From NCBI GenBank assembly GCA_019752815.1, contig JAIELQ010000007.1, positions 115,728 to 179,727 on the forward strand: a DNA stretch of 64,000 bases, in the 5' to 3' direction. The stretch is from Patescibacteria group bacterium (GTDB lineage: Bacteria > Patescibacteriota > Minisyncoccia > Phycocordibacterales > UBA918). This document shows positions 1 through 10,046 of this stretch, in pieces (position 1 is the first letter of the stretch; each line of letters begins with the position of its first letter). Below the pieces are notes generated by a model. That model saw nothing but the letters and a program-made list of their open reading frames with translations, searched no databases and was not told the origin of the DNA. The position numbers and the translations under genes were made by a program.

Positions 1-1
1 T

Positions 2-2224
2 AATAGTGAGTGGTTTGATGCCGGGTTTGATTATAGACAACGCGTTCGAGTTGTTAACACCGATGCAAGTAGCTATGCTAGTACCGCCGTCAAGTTAACA
101 GTTGCTTACGATAGCAATATGCAATCGGACTTTGACGATTTACGATTTACCGCAGGCGACGGACTCACGACTGTACCATTCTGGATAGAGCGAGTCGTTG
201 CGAGTACCGAAGCTATAGTTTGGGTGCGTATGCCACTCTTGCCGGCAAATGATATCGGAACCGTATTTATGTACTATGGTAGTTCAACGGTAGGTAGTCA
301 GAGTAACGGACCGAGTACGTTTGATGCCTTTGATGATTTCGAGGATAACAACATTACAGAATACAGTGGTGATACTGGACTCTTCCAGACTGATACCGCT
401 CCAGTCTATGGTGGAACGTATGCACTTGAGGCCTTCAACAAGAGTGCTCGAACAACAGATGGTATCTTCCGAACATCTATGACGGTATCACAAGGACAGA
501 TTATTCGATGGATGCAGTATCTTGATACGACGGCCGGTTCAGGGGATGAGGCTTGTACTTTGTTTGGCGTGCAGTCACCAGGAACAAACAATAACAACTA
601 TGCAGTTTGTTTGGAACAGTTTGGTATAGATCGTATTGCAATTTCTCGAAATGTGAGTGATAACGATGTGTCGGGAACGGTGCTGGCCTCGACTACCGCT
701 ACATTTACCACTGGTTGGTATGAAGTCGAGGTTGATTGGCGTACCAATAATTCAATTAATGCCGTTGTCCGGACTGCTGCCGGTGCACTCGTTGCTACCG
801 CTTCAACAACTGATGCTACGTATACCAGTGGCGGTATTGGATTTAGTTTTTGGTTCCAAAATGGTGCTTGGGATAGTTATACAGCCAGACCACGAGCCTT
901 ACGGTCACCAGCAGTATTCTTTGGATCAGAACAAACAGATGGCGGGGCTACCTGGGAACGTGCACAAAACGTTGCTGGTAGTGGAGTGACGGGCGCAAAT
1001 AAACGGTTACGGTTTGCAATTGAAAACTCAGGATTGAATATTACTAATCAGACCTTCCGTCTGGAATATGCTCAAAAAGGAGTTGCTCCAAGTTGTGAAG
1101 CAGTCGGAAATGCTAATTACACGGCAGTTCCAAATCAAGCTTCGTGTGGCAGTTCTCCAGTTTGTATGCAGACATCCTCAAATCTGGTTGATAATGACCC
1201 AACAACAGATTTACTCGCGAGTACTTCCGGTGCTTTTGCGGCAGGTAAAGTTATTGAAAGTCCATCAAATGCAACGGTGTCTTACAACTTGAATCAGAAT
1301 ACATACACTGAACTTGAGTACGTTCTGACACCAACAATTAATGCGACGTCATCATATTGTCTACGGGTAACCAACGGGGGAACACCACTTGATTTCTACA
1401 ACAAAGTGGCTGAAATGAATCTTCAATTTGATCCGGTATTTGGACCAGTGTCTCTAAATGGAGGTAGTCCGATATTGCTTACGCCCGGCACTACCACGAG
1501 AATATTTGCAACGGGGACGGTGACTGATCTTAACGGATATACTGATTTGGTAGCCGGTAGTTCCACAATTTATCGAAGTGGAGTGGGGCCATTATGTTCG
1601 TCTAATACAAATAATTGTTACAAGGGAGAAACTTCAGCCAGTTCGTCGTGTTCATTTGTAAACTGTTCTGGTAATACCTGTACACTTTCATGTACTGCAG
1701 ATATATTCTTCAATGCTGAAGCGACTGACAATGTTCCGTTTACGGGAGAGGAGTGGTTAGCCTATCTTGAGGTTCGCGATGCGGGAGGTGCCTACGATTT
1801 TGAATCAGCGATTGGTGTTGAACTTATCACGTTGCGAGCAGCGGCCGTAAATAATGCTATTAACTATGGTTCACTCTCAGTAGCTGATAATACTGGAACA
1901 TTTAACCCAACTACTACTGTTTCAAACGTTGGTAACGTCAGCTTTAACATTGAATTACTTGGTACTGACTTAACCGATGGTGGCAGTTCACGCATTCCAG
2001 CAGAAGAGCAGCGATTTGCAACCTCTACTTTTAACTACAGTGCTTGTGTGAGTTGTGGAGTGATTTCAAGTACGACACCAGCTCTGCTGGCATTGGGATT
2101 AGCAAAACCAACGGTACCAAATCCACCGGTAACGGCGGCAGTGTACTGGGGAATTGCCGTGCCGGCAGGAGTTAATAGTGCACCACACTCTGGTATCAAC
2201 GTGTTCACACCAGTTTCGCCATAA
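2..2224 (+). CDS. C-terminal part of a large secreted surface protein (DUF2341-like domain, beta-sandwich domains, C-terminal 'WGIAVP' domain); 5' end lies outside the window
   Basis: The frame of ORF 119..2224 is open back to base 2 (NSEWFDAGFDYRQRVRVVN...). 'MQSDFDDLRFT...PFWIE...VWVRMP...MYYG' is typical of DUF2341. The last ~270 aa are paralogous to the C-terminus of 6886..8778. Confidence 0.8.
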   Translation, partial: NSEWFDAGFDYRQRVRVVNTDASSYASTAVKLTVAYDSNMQSDFDDLRFTAGDGLTTVPFWIERVVASTEAIVWVRMPLLPANDIGTVFMYYGSSTVGSQSNGPSTFDAFDDFEDNNITEYSGDTGLFQTDTAPVYGGTYALEAFNKSARTTDGIFRTSMTVSQGQIIRWMQYLDTTAGSGDEACTLFGVQSPGTNNNNYAVCLEQFGIDRIAISRNVSDNDVSGTVLASTTATFTTGWYEVEVDWRTNNSINAVVRTAAGALVATASTTDATYTSGGIGFSFWFQNGAWDSYTARPRALRSPAVFFGSEQTDGGATWERAQNVAGSGVTGANKRLRFAIENSGLNITNQTFRLEYAQKGVAPSCEAVGNANYTAVPNQASCGSSPVCMQTSSNLVDNDPTTDLLASTSGAFAAGKVIESPSNATVSYNLNQNTYTELEYVLTPTINATSSYCLRVTNGGTPLDFYNKVAEMNLQFDPVFGPVSLNGGSPILLTPGTTTRIFATGTVTDLNGYTDLVAGSSTIYRSGVGPLCSSNTNNCYKGETSASSSCSFVNCSGNTCTLSCTADIFFNAEATDNVPFTGEEWLAYLEVRDAGGAYDFESAIGVELITLRAAAVNNAINYGSLSVADNTGTFNPTTTVSNVGNVSFNIELLGTDLTDGGSSRIPAEEQRFATSTFNYSACVSCGVISSTTPALLALGLAKPTVPNPPVTAAVYWGIAVPAGVNSAPHSGINVFTPVSP

Positions 2225-2249
2225 GCGAGTGCTACAATAATAAAAATCT

Positions 2250-3689
2250 ATGCGCGCACTTTTGTTAATTATCATGTTGTTAATCCTCGGTACCGGTAAT
2301 TTTGTGCATGCCCAAAGTGATGACACAAAAGCTCCCGAGATTTCGAATGTAACCATTGGTACGACGACCGAAGAATCAGTAACGTTAACGTGGCAAACAA
2401 ATGAAAAGGCTGACTCGTCGGTGAACTACGGCCTGCAACCCGACTACGGTATTGTCCGTGTACCGGTAGCTGATAGAACAACGCACTCAGTCACTTTAAA
2501 CAACCTCGAACCGGGACGAGTCTATTATTTCCGGGTGGTGTCGGCTGATGCCGAAGGGAACCAGGGTATTTCTGCTGACTATAAAATCCAAACCGAAGGC
2601 ACTCCTGCCATTGGTGAAGGAGAGAGTGAGTCTGAGCCCGTTGAGGAAATCATTGAACAAATAAAACAAATTCAAAGCGTCCAAAAACTGCAAGAGATTG
2701 TTAATGAAACCATTAAAGCCATTCAGGGTATCTCAGAAGATCTCACGATTGTTGGTCCGCCAACGGTAATACCGGAAACTACCTCAGCCACCGTAAAATG
2801 GGTGACCGATCGTGAAGCTAGTTCGGAGGTGCAGTTTTCGCCGACACAAACGTTTTCAGGTAACTATAACTTCTCCCAATCATCAACGGGAGGAAACACC
2901 ACCGATCACGAAATTCGACTCATTGGACTTGAGCCATTTACCGAATACAGTTTCAAAGTTATTTCAACCGATACCTATAACATTACTGGAGAAAGTAGAA
3001 ATTATACCTTCCGTACCAAAGCCGCGTTGCCTGACATTCGTAATCTGCGCATCGTAAAAGTAGAGGAAAATGCAGCTACCTTAGCCTGGGATACGACGGT
3101 GCCAGCCAAAGCCTTGATTGAGTTTCAGGATTTAACCACCGGAGTGCAAAACTCAGTTGGTCGTCCTACGTTGGCTACGACGCACCAGATGCGTTTAGCT
3201 GATTTGACCCTGGGTACTCGCTATGTGGCCTTTGTGATTGCGGAAAACTCTGGTGGTGACCGGGTGCGCAGTCAGCCAATTCAATTCATTACGGTACGTG
3301 ATATTGCTCCGCCAATTATTACTAACGTGACTAATGAATCAACTATTTTCCCCGGCGGTGAGTCACGGATTCAAACCATTGTAGAGTGGAATACTGACGA
3401 ATCAGCCTCGTGTCTTATGACGTATCGTGAAGGGGTAGCGGGCGGGGTAGATCCAATTACGATTGAAAAGGAAAATGAACAATTCTCAACCACTCACGTG
3501 GAGGTAATTGTTGACTTCGCTCCGGCGACCGTCTATCAATTCTGGCTTAACTGTACTGATGAAGCAAAAAATACTATCCAGTCAGAAAACTTTGTGCTCT
3601 TTACCCCAATTCAAGAGAAAAACATTATCGATTTGATCTTGGAGAACTTCCAGAGTACCTTCGGTTGGGTTAAAAACATCACCAACTAA
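2250..3689 (+). CDS. Secreted protein with about four fibronectin type III / purple acid phosphatase N-terminal-like domains
   Basis: Signal peptide (VHA-Q). Repeated 'TxTWxTxE.A.S.V.YG...H.V.L..L.P...Y.F.V.S.D..GN' motifs. Confidence 0.8.
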   Translation: MRALLLIIMLLILGTGNFVHAQSDDTKAPEISNVTIGTTTEESVTLTWQTNEKADSSVNYGLQPDYGIVRVPVADRTTHSVTLNNLEPGRVYYFRVVSADAEGNQGISADYKIQTEGTPAIGEGESESEPVEEIIEQIKQIQSVQKLQEIVNETIKAIQGISEDLTIVGPPTVIPETTSATVKWVTDREASSEVQFSPTQTFSGNYNFSQSSTGGNTTDHEIRLIGLEPFTEYSFKVISTDTYNITGESRNYTFRTKAALPDIRNLRIVKVEENAATLAWDTTVPAKALIEFQDLTTGVQNSVGRPTLATTHQMRLADLTLGTRYVAFVIAENSGGDRVRSQPIQFITVRDIAPPIITNVTNESTIFPGGESRIQTIVEWNTDESASCLMTYREGVAGGVDPITIEKENEQFSTTHVEVIVDFAPATVYQFWLNCTDEAKNTIQSENFVLFTPIQEKNIIDLILENFQSTFGWVKNITN

Positions 3690-3809
3690 AGCTTAAAAAC
3701 GGCGAACTTCTTTGTCAGGCTGCGGTAAAAGTTTTCTCACCGTACAAGAAGTACGGCTCGCAAACTTTTCCTTGCCTTTCGCGAATTTCACTCGTTTTAA
3801 AGCTTTAGT
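3685..3809 (+). repeat. Structured intergenic hairpin element, copy 1
   Basis: Terminal inverted repeat ACTAAAGCTTAAAAACG / CGTTTTAAAGCTTTAGT. Apical CCGTAC-AAGAA-GTACGG. TGCGG...CCTTG and ACTC motifs shared with other copies. Confidence 0.85.
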
Positions 3810-3917
3810 GATAAGTAAGATATTGATTGCGTCGTCTGAAAAAATTAATGCAAATCTAATATACAAAACTGGGGAGTGAAGCTAAGAACTTGAAGGTAGC
3901 GTGGCATAATATAGTAA

Positions 3918-5240
3918 ATGGCAAAACCGCTCATTACGTGTCGAGATCTTTCGATTATTTATAACAAGGGGAAATCGAACGAGTTTCGGGCTCTTCAGAA
4001 TGTAAATACTGATATTTATGAAGGGGAGTATATTATTCTCTTCGGTGCGTCTGGTTCAGGGAAATCAACCCTGATGTATTCAATTCAAGGTTCACTTCCG
4101 CCCGGAGACGGTACGTTACTTATTCGTGGAGACGACATTTATTCGTATCCACCGTCTGAGCGCGTGTATTTCCAACGGTACGTGATGGGTATTATTTTCC
4201 AGTCGTTTAACTTGATTGGGTCGTTGTCAGTATTGGACAACGTGGCCTTGCCGATGATTTTCTGTGACGCTGATAAGGCAACTCGTAATCGTCGCGCGCA
4301 GTCACTTTTGGACCGTTTTGGGGTGGGGCACGTATCACATAAAATTCCTTCGATGCTCTCAGGAGGTCAGCAACAGCGTGTATCAGTAGCGCGTTCGATG
4401 GTGAACGACCCTAAGATTCTGTTGGCAGATGAACCAACTGGTAACCTCGACTCGGTTTCAACGCAGCAGGTTATGGATAAAATCGACGAGATTAATACGT
4501 TTGACCGTCGTACTATTATTATGGTGTCGCACAATGCGGCGCACTTAAGTTACGCCCACCGGGTGTACTATCTCAAAGACGGCTTTGTGGTGCGTGAAGT
4601 AGTAAACCCCCAGCGAAAACAAATTAAACCGGTACGAGAAGGGGAGACAATCGTAACCGAGCTCGAACAGCTCGCTCGGTTATTCCCGTATGACTCAGTG
4701 GATACACTGCGGGTGAAAAGTATGGTGAACTTCCTAACCCAGGACTACACTTTTAGCCAAATTAACCGTTTAGAACGGACGGTAGGACATTTCATTAAGG
4801 GTAAAATTGATACCGATGCTTTTATTAAAACGCTCATATTGCCAACGGAACAGGGTGGAATAGAGATGCCCGAAGCCACAGCCAAAAAAATGGCCAAACA
4901 AGCAGACTTAATGATTCATCAAGCTGATGATATTCGCCGTTTTAGAGCTAAAAAAGATAATACCGGGGTATTTTTTAGTCAGCACAAGCTCGCAGAACGC
5001 CTCAAAGACCATTTGCTGGGGGTGTACCGCATTAAGTTATCAAAAGACCAAGATACCAATCTCGTTGAATTGATTGCTGACCGGGTAACGGGTGTGTCTG
5101 ACGAACTAGAATTTAACAATCGACTAATGGCTGGTATTAGGTCTCGTGGTCTGGCGTTATCAGAAGGGGAGGCTGATGAGATCACGCGTTACTTTGAGAA
5201 ATTGATTGCGCAGGGTGTCGACGTATCGTACAAGAGTTAG
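3918..5240 (+). CDS. ABC transporter ATP-binding protein (LolD/MacB family) with ~200-aa C-terminal extension
   Basis: Walker A GASGSGKST, signature LSGGQQQRV, Walker B ILLADEPTGNLD, H-loop MVSH. Confidence 0.92.
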   Translation: MAKPLITCRDLSIIYNKGKSNEFRALQNVNTDIYEGEYIILFGASGSGKSTLMYSIQGSLPPGDGTLLIRGDDIYSYPPSERVYFQRYVMGIIFQSFNLIGSLSVLDNVALPMIFCDADKATRNRRAQSLLDRFGVGHVSHKIPSMLSGGQQQRVSVARSMVNDPKILLADEPTGNLDSVSTQQVMDKIDEINTFDRRTIIMVSHNAAHLSYAHRVYYLKDGFVVREVVNPQRKQIKPVREGETIVTELEQLARLFPYDSVDTLRVKSMVNFLTQDYTFSQINRLERTVGHFIKGKIDTDAFIKTLILPTEQGGIEMPEATAKKMAKQADLMIHQADDIRRFRAKKDNTGVFFSQHKLAERLKDHLLGVYRIKLSKDQDTNLVELIADRVTGVSDELEFNNRLMAGIRSRGLALSEGEADEITRYFEKLIAQGVDVSYKS

Positions 5241-5243
5241 TCC

Positions 5244-5362
5244 GGTTTCCAAAATTTGCACATTGCGTTGTCGTCACTGCGGAACTTTTCGTTCCGTCGT
5301 ACGATGGTACGCCTATACGAAAAGTCCTTGTACTCCTAGCACTGTACTCAATTTTGAAAACC
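5244..5362 (+). repeat. Structured intergenic hairpin element, copy 2
   Basis: GGTTTCCAAAATT / AATTTTGAAAACC ends. Inner ACTTTTCGT / ACGAAAAGT stem. Apical CGTAC-GATG-GTACG. Confidence 0.85.
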
Positions 5363-5454
5363 TCAATACACATATTAATTATAGAATGAGTCATTAAAAT
5401 AAAACCTGTGGGTTGTATCAAGTTACAAATACTCCCTGTGTCATAATAGAGTAA

Positions 5455-6663
5455 ATGCGAATTCAAGACCTCGCCCAACTTTCGACGCGTATGTTCAAGA
5501 CTAACCCGTTGCGTACGTGGTTAACTATTTTAGGTATGGGTGTGGGGACTGGGGCAGTGGTTATTCTGGTAGGACTTGGATTTGGACTGCAGCAAATCAT
5601 TCTCGAACAAATTGTGTTCGGTGAGACACTATTGTCACTCGGTGTATCGGCTACTGGTGCTCAGAATCTTAAACTCACCACCGAAACCGTAACAGCTTTT
5701 GAAAAGAAGCCTGAAGTACTTGATGCGGCGCCTCTAGCGCGGTTTCCTGCCTTGGTAACGTATAAGGGTCTAACCGGGAACGTCTTTATTCAGGGGGTTG
5801 AACCGCCATATCTTCGCTATGCCGGAGTTTCAGCGACTGAAGGAACTGTATTTACTGATGCTGATGCAGGGGACACTAATTCAGTAATGTTGTCACCAGC
5901 CGTACTTAAACTCTTCGGGATTGATGATCCGGCTGCCTTTATCGGCCAGAAGGTAAGTTTCCGTTTGCTTATTCCCGCAGAAGATGGCACTGACACGAAT
6001 ACAGAAGTAGTGATTGATAAAGAGTATACTGTTCGCGGTATTACCAAAGAAGAAGGGGTATTAAATGCCATGATGATGTTGCCTGAACTACGAAACTATG
6101 TCGGTATTGAAGAATACGAACGCATTCAGGTGCGTGTTGATACCAATGAAAACTTACCACTTATTGAAAAGCAACTAATTGAAGAGGGGTACCGAGTAAC
6201 TGCGCTGTCTAAAACCGTAGAACAAGCGTCAAAAATTTTCCAGGGGGTGCAGGCGGTCCTGGCTACTTTTGGTGGAATTGCACTTTTGGTATCAGCGATT
6301 GGGATGTTCAATACCATGACGGTAACCCTGCTCGAGCGGACAAAAGAGATTGGAATCATGCGTACCATCGGTGCGTCACCTAATGACGTAAAATATTTAT
6401 TCGTGTCAGAATCAGTGGTGGTAGGTTTTATGGGTGGGCTTACTGGTGTGGCTATGGGGGTGACTTTGGGGCTGACCATTAATCTCTTTTTAAACGTCGT
6501 GGCCGGTCAATTTGGCGGACAATCAGTTAATCTTTTCTCATTTCCTTTAGGATTCCTCAGTTTCATTATTGTTTTCTCTGCGTGCGTGGGGTACCTAACC
6601 GGAATTTTTCCGGCACGGCGAGCGTCATCACTTAATCCCCTAGACGCCATTCGCTATGAATAG
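5455..6663 (+). CDS. ABC transporter permease, MacB/FtsX family
   Basis: N-terminal 'RTWLTILGMGVG' TM, large extracytoplasmic domain, 'IGMFNTM...ERTKEIGIMRTIGA', C-terminal 'PARRASSLNPLDAIRYE'. Confidence 0.93.
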   Translation: MRIQDLAQLSTRMFKTNPLRTWLTILGMGVGTGAVVILVGLGFGLQQIILEQIVFGETLLSLGVSATGAQNLKLTTETVTAFEKKPEVLDAAPLARFPALVTYKGLTGNVFIQGVEPPYLRYAGVSATEGTVFTDADAGDTNSVMLSPAVLKLFGIDDPAAFIGQKVSFRLLIPAEDGTDTNTEVVIDKEYTVRGITKEEGVLNAMMMLPELRNYVGIEEYERIQVRVDTNENLPLIEKQLIEEGYRVTALSKTVEQASKIFQGVQAVLATFGGIALLVSAIGMFNTMTVTLLERTKEIGIMRTIGASPNDVKYLFVSESVVVGFMGGLTGVAMGVTLGLTINLFLNVVAGQFGGQSVNLFSFPLGFLSFIIVFSACVGYLTGIFPARRASSLNPLDAIRYE

Positions 6664-6788
6664 TCTGGAACTCACAAGTGGCGAATTTCTGCGTTGTGCC
6701 GCGGTAAAATTTCGCTCACCGTATGAATATACGACTCGCAAAATTTTCCTTGCACGCCTTGAACTCCACTCACTTGAGAATCCCAGAC
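6663..6788 (+). repeat. Structured intergenic hairpin element, copy 3
   Basis: GTCTGGAACTCACAAGTG / CACTTGAGAATCCCAGAC ends. Apical CGTAT-GAAT-ATACG. CGCGG...CCTTG motif. Confidence 0.85.
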
Positions 6789-6885
6789 AACGAAATAAGA
6801 TTTTATATTACAAAGAGTGAGTAAGTGTGTGTATAACTTGGGTATAGTTTGGGGGATATCAGCTAAAATGAAGTAGTAAATTATT

Positions 6886-8778
6886 ATGACGTACAACAAA
6901 CAAGAACTACCGCGGTATGTAGAGACCGCAGGAAAAATAACCGTTTTAACAGCATTAACAGGAGTATTAATCTTTGCCTTTGTTTTCATTTTAAACATTG
7001 GTAAAACCGAGTTACAAAAAGCCGAAGCTCAATCAGGGACGGCCACCACCACCCTAACCGTACTTAACACGCCGCCCGTATGGACGGTAGGTCAAGAAGG
7101 TCGTGAGGAAATTCCCTCATCAACCAGTACGCCAACCAACTCGGGTGATACGGTATCCTGGATTGGGCGAGCTACTGATGCAAACAACGCACCGTATTTC
7201 TTGATTGTGTGTAGTACCTCGGCCACACCAACTGCCCAACAGTCAACTTCTACCCTTGGAACCAACCCTCCAATATGTTCTGCCGGTACTCGCTTTGCTG
7301 TTTCTACCTCTACAGTCTCAGGACAGCAAGCTCGCGCTGCCACTACCACAACTGAAGTAGCTCCATTTTCTGAATCTAATGCCTGGTGGGCTTGGGTGTG
7401 TGACGATGACCCGGTTAATCCACGTTGCAGTACGACATCATCACAGGGCACCACCGCAACTAACTCCTCACCATTTAATGTCAATCGTCGTCCAGTATTT
7501 ACTACTTTTAACAACGGTGGACCAACTAATCCAGGTGGAACAGTTCAATTCTTATCCTCATCAACAGACCCTGACGTAGTTGATGCTGAAGACACCATTT
7601 TCCTTACTGTTTGTGGAAGTGCCGGTTTCAGTACAACAACCCTAAGTTGTACTGGCGTGACGGTTGCTTCGACATCAGTACCTGGTTCTTTGGCAAACGC
7701 TACAACTTCACGAGTATTGCCAGCGATTATTCAAGACGATAACAACTACGCAGCATTCCCATACGTTCATGATCAGCACGGTCACGTTGCTTCAGGAGGT
7801 GCTCAAGGTGTCAACGTGCCGTATACTGTCAGTAATGTAGCCCCGACCGTAGCAGGAGGTACGCTCAGTCTTAACGGAGGCTCACCGATAACTCTTACTA
7901 ACCCAGGTGCTCAAACCACAGGCTTCACGCTCGCATACACAGTCGCTGATGCTAATAGTTGTGATGCGGTTGGTGGAGGTAACGCTGATGAAATTACCGG
8001 TTATGTTGCGTCAGTATTTCGTTCTGGCGTAGGCACATCCACCTGTAACGGTTCAGCTGGTAGCTATAACCCAAATAACTGTTATCCGAGTGGTGTTGCC
8101 ACATCAACATGGAACTTAGCTTGTACCGCTTCAACTACCAGTTGTACTGCAGGAGGAGCTGATGACACTATCATTTACAATTGTACGTTCCCGCTTTGGT
8201 TCATTGCAGACCCAACCAACGGGACATCGACAGATACCAACTTCCACCTTCAACACTGGGCAGCTGGGGTAGCGGGTGTCGACAATAACAACGCTACCGG
8301 AAGTATGTCGACTTCGACAACACCGGTTGAGCTTAATAGTCTGGTGGCGATTGGTTTACAAACAAACTTGATTGCGTACTCACAACTCGAACCGGGAACT
8401 AACATGCCAACCCTCAGTGCATCAACAACATTGCGCGTACTTGGGAATACTGGTCTAAACCAATTACTCGGAGGAGATTCAATGTGTGGAACGTACTCAC
8501 CAGGTAACCCTTGTCCAGTTTCAGCTACAACTACTATCCCGCAATCAGAGCAGCGCTATGCGACTTCAGCAGTTGCGTATGGATCTGGAACACCACTACA
8601 ACCTACTTCAACACCAGGTCTGTTGCTTAACCAAATTCCAAAACCTACCAGTACCTCAACACCAGCCACTGGTCAAACATTCTGGGGTATCGCAGTACCT
8701 GGCTCGATTTCACTCGCTGGGTCTTATACAGGACAAAACACCTTCACTGGAGCGGTTTCTTCACCAGCCACCTGGTAG
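6886..8778 (+). CDS. Secreted Cys/Thr-rich surface protein with C-terminal 'WGIAVP' domain (candidate major subunit, module A)
   Basis: N-terminal TM/signal ending AEA-Q, many paired Cys, C-terminal region paralogous to 2..2224 (LNGGSPI, RSGVG, NNCY, EQRYATS, KPT, WGIAVP). Confidence 0.75.
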   Translation: MTYNKQELPRYVETAGKITVLTALTGVLIFAFVFILNIGKTELQKAEAQSGTATTTLTVLNTPPVWTVGQEGREEIPSSTSTPTNSGDTVSWIGRATDANNAPYFLIVCSTSATPTAQQSTSTLGTNPPICSAGTRFAVSTSTVSGQQARAATTTTEVAPFSESNAWWAWVCDDDPVNPRCSTTSSQGTTATNSSPFNVNRRPVFTTFNNGGPTNPGGTVQFLSSSTDPDVVDAEDTIFLTVCGSAGFSTTTLSCTGVTVASTSVPGSLANATTSRVLPAIIQDDNNYAAFPYVHDQHGHVASGGAQGVNVPYTVSNVAPTVAGGTLSLNGGSPITLTNPGAQTTGFTLAYTVADANSCDAVGGGNADEITGYVASVFRSGVGTSTCNGSAGSYNPNNCYPSGVATSTWNLACTASTTSCTAGGADDTIIYNCTFPLWFIADPTNGTSTDTNFHLQHWAAGVAGVDNNNATGSMSTSTTPVELNSLVAIGLQTNLIAYSQLEPGTNMPTLSASTTLRVLGNTGLNQLLGGDSMCGTYSPGNPCPVSATTTIPQSEQRYATSAVAYGSGTPLQPTSTPGLLLNQIPKPTSTSTPATGQTFWGIAVPGSISLAGSYTGQNTFTGAVSSPATW

Positions 8779-8783
8779 TTATA

Positions 8784-8992
8784 GAACTTCCAGAAAGGGC
8801 ACACTTCTTCGTTGGATAATAAAAAATACGCCTCAATGTACAAATGTACACCTCGGCGTATTTTTTATTATCCTTCTTACAGAAGCTGTCCACTCATTGG
8901 CCAGATTGTTTCTCAAGTTCACAACCTGGCTCAATGAGTCTTGCGGAAGCTTTGTGCTTCCTCACTCGAATTGTACTCCTTTCTGAAAGTCC
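8784..8992 (+). repeat. Structured intergenic hairpin element, copy 4 (long form with extra three-hairpin module)
   Basis: GAACTTCCAGAAAGG / CCTTTCTGAAAGTCC ends. Perfect 19-bp stem GGATAATAAAAAATACGCC / GGCGTATTTTTTATTATCC. Apical TGTAC-AAAT-GTACA. TTCTTACAGAAGCTGTCCACTCATT is identical to copy 5. Confidence 0.85.
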
Positions 8993-9009
8993 CGTTACCT
9001 AATAAAAAA

Positions 9010-9047
9010 CAATAACCACCGTTATCAGACGGTGGTTGTTGCTTTTT
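9010..9047 (+). terminator. Rho-independent terminator
   Basis: CAATAACCACCGT-TATCAG-ACGGTGGTTGTTG followed by CTTTTT. Confidence 0.7.
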
Positions 9048-9079
9048 GTTGAAATATTTTTGATAATAGTATCACCTGC

Positions 9080-10045
9080 ATGAAGTTAATTTTTGGAACA
9101 TCTCTTTTTCAACTAAGCGCGTTAGTTGTCATCTTATATTTTGCGTTTGGTACTTTGGTAGCGAGTGCTAGCTTCGGTATCACACCGCCGTATGTTCGCA
9201 ATACGAGTCTCACCCGTAACTCAACATATGAGCAACAAATTCTTTTGGTACGAGGAGACCCAAATATGCCCCTCAACGCACAGATTGTAGTTGATGCCCC
9301 TGAGATTCAAGACTGGATTGAAATCGTTGAAGGGACGACAATTTTACTTCCACGTGGTGAACAAAAAGTACCAATGACCGTACGGATTAAAGTACCGAGT
9401 GATGCTGACTATCGTGAGTACGAAGGTAAAATTCGTATCAGAACACAACCAACGAATGATCAGGTGGCTGATGGTGTGGTCAGTATTTCTCTTGGTGCCC
9501 AAGTTGATATCAACTTAAATGTTATCGATAGAGTCATTGAGGATTTTCGTGTGCGTAAAATTGATGTCTCAGATCTTGATGCAGGGCACAAATTAGGCTG
9601 GTTATTTTTCCCTGGAAAAATTAATTTTACGATGTCACTTGAAAACACAGGTAACGTAAACATTGCACCGTCAAAAGTGCAGTTCCGAATTTTTGATCGA
9701 ACTGGAGCAGTATTGCTTGAAGAGACACAACATACTGGTAAGCTTAAAAAAATTGCGCCATACGCCACTGAAGATGTGACCGCCCATCTACCTACCAGAC
9801 TTCCCGCTGGAAGTTACATGGCCCGATATGCGATTTATAACAACGATGAGGTTAAACAAGAAGGGGAGTTGAACTTAAGTATTCTCCCGTACGGTACGCT
9901 ACAAACTGCTGGTTATGGCTTTGGGGGGCTATCTATTCCACATAAAATCTCTATTTTGTTGCCACTCTTTGCCTTCATTATCATTGTGCTCTACGCCATT
10001 TACTATCGTCGCAAAGGCCGTAAAGACGATACCCTTATAAACTAG
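9080..10045 (+). CDS. DUF916/DUF3324-like (WxL-interacting protein-like) membrane-anchored protein
   Basis: Signal peptide, 'FGITPPY', 'QDWIEI...VPMTVRIKVP.DA...Y.G.I', second domain with 'ENTGNV', C-terminal TM plus basic tail. Confidence 0.65.
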   Translation: MKLIFGTSLFQLSALVVILYFAFGTLVASASFGITPPYVRNTSLTRNSTYEQQILLVRGDPNMPLNAQIVVDAPEIQDWIEIVEGTTILLPRGEQKVPMTVRIKVPSDADYREYEGKIRIRTQPTNDQVADGVVSISLGAQVDINLNVIDRVIEDFRVRKIDVSDLDAGHKLGWLFFPGKINFTMSLENTGNVNIAPSKVQFRIFDRTGAVLLEETQHTGKLKKIAPYATEDVTAHLPTRLPAGSYMARYAIYNNDEVKQEGELNLSILPYGTLQTAGYGFGGLSIPHKISILLPLFAFIIIVLYAIYYRRKGRKDDTLIN

Positions 10046-10046
10046 T

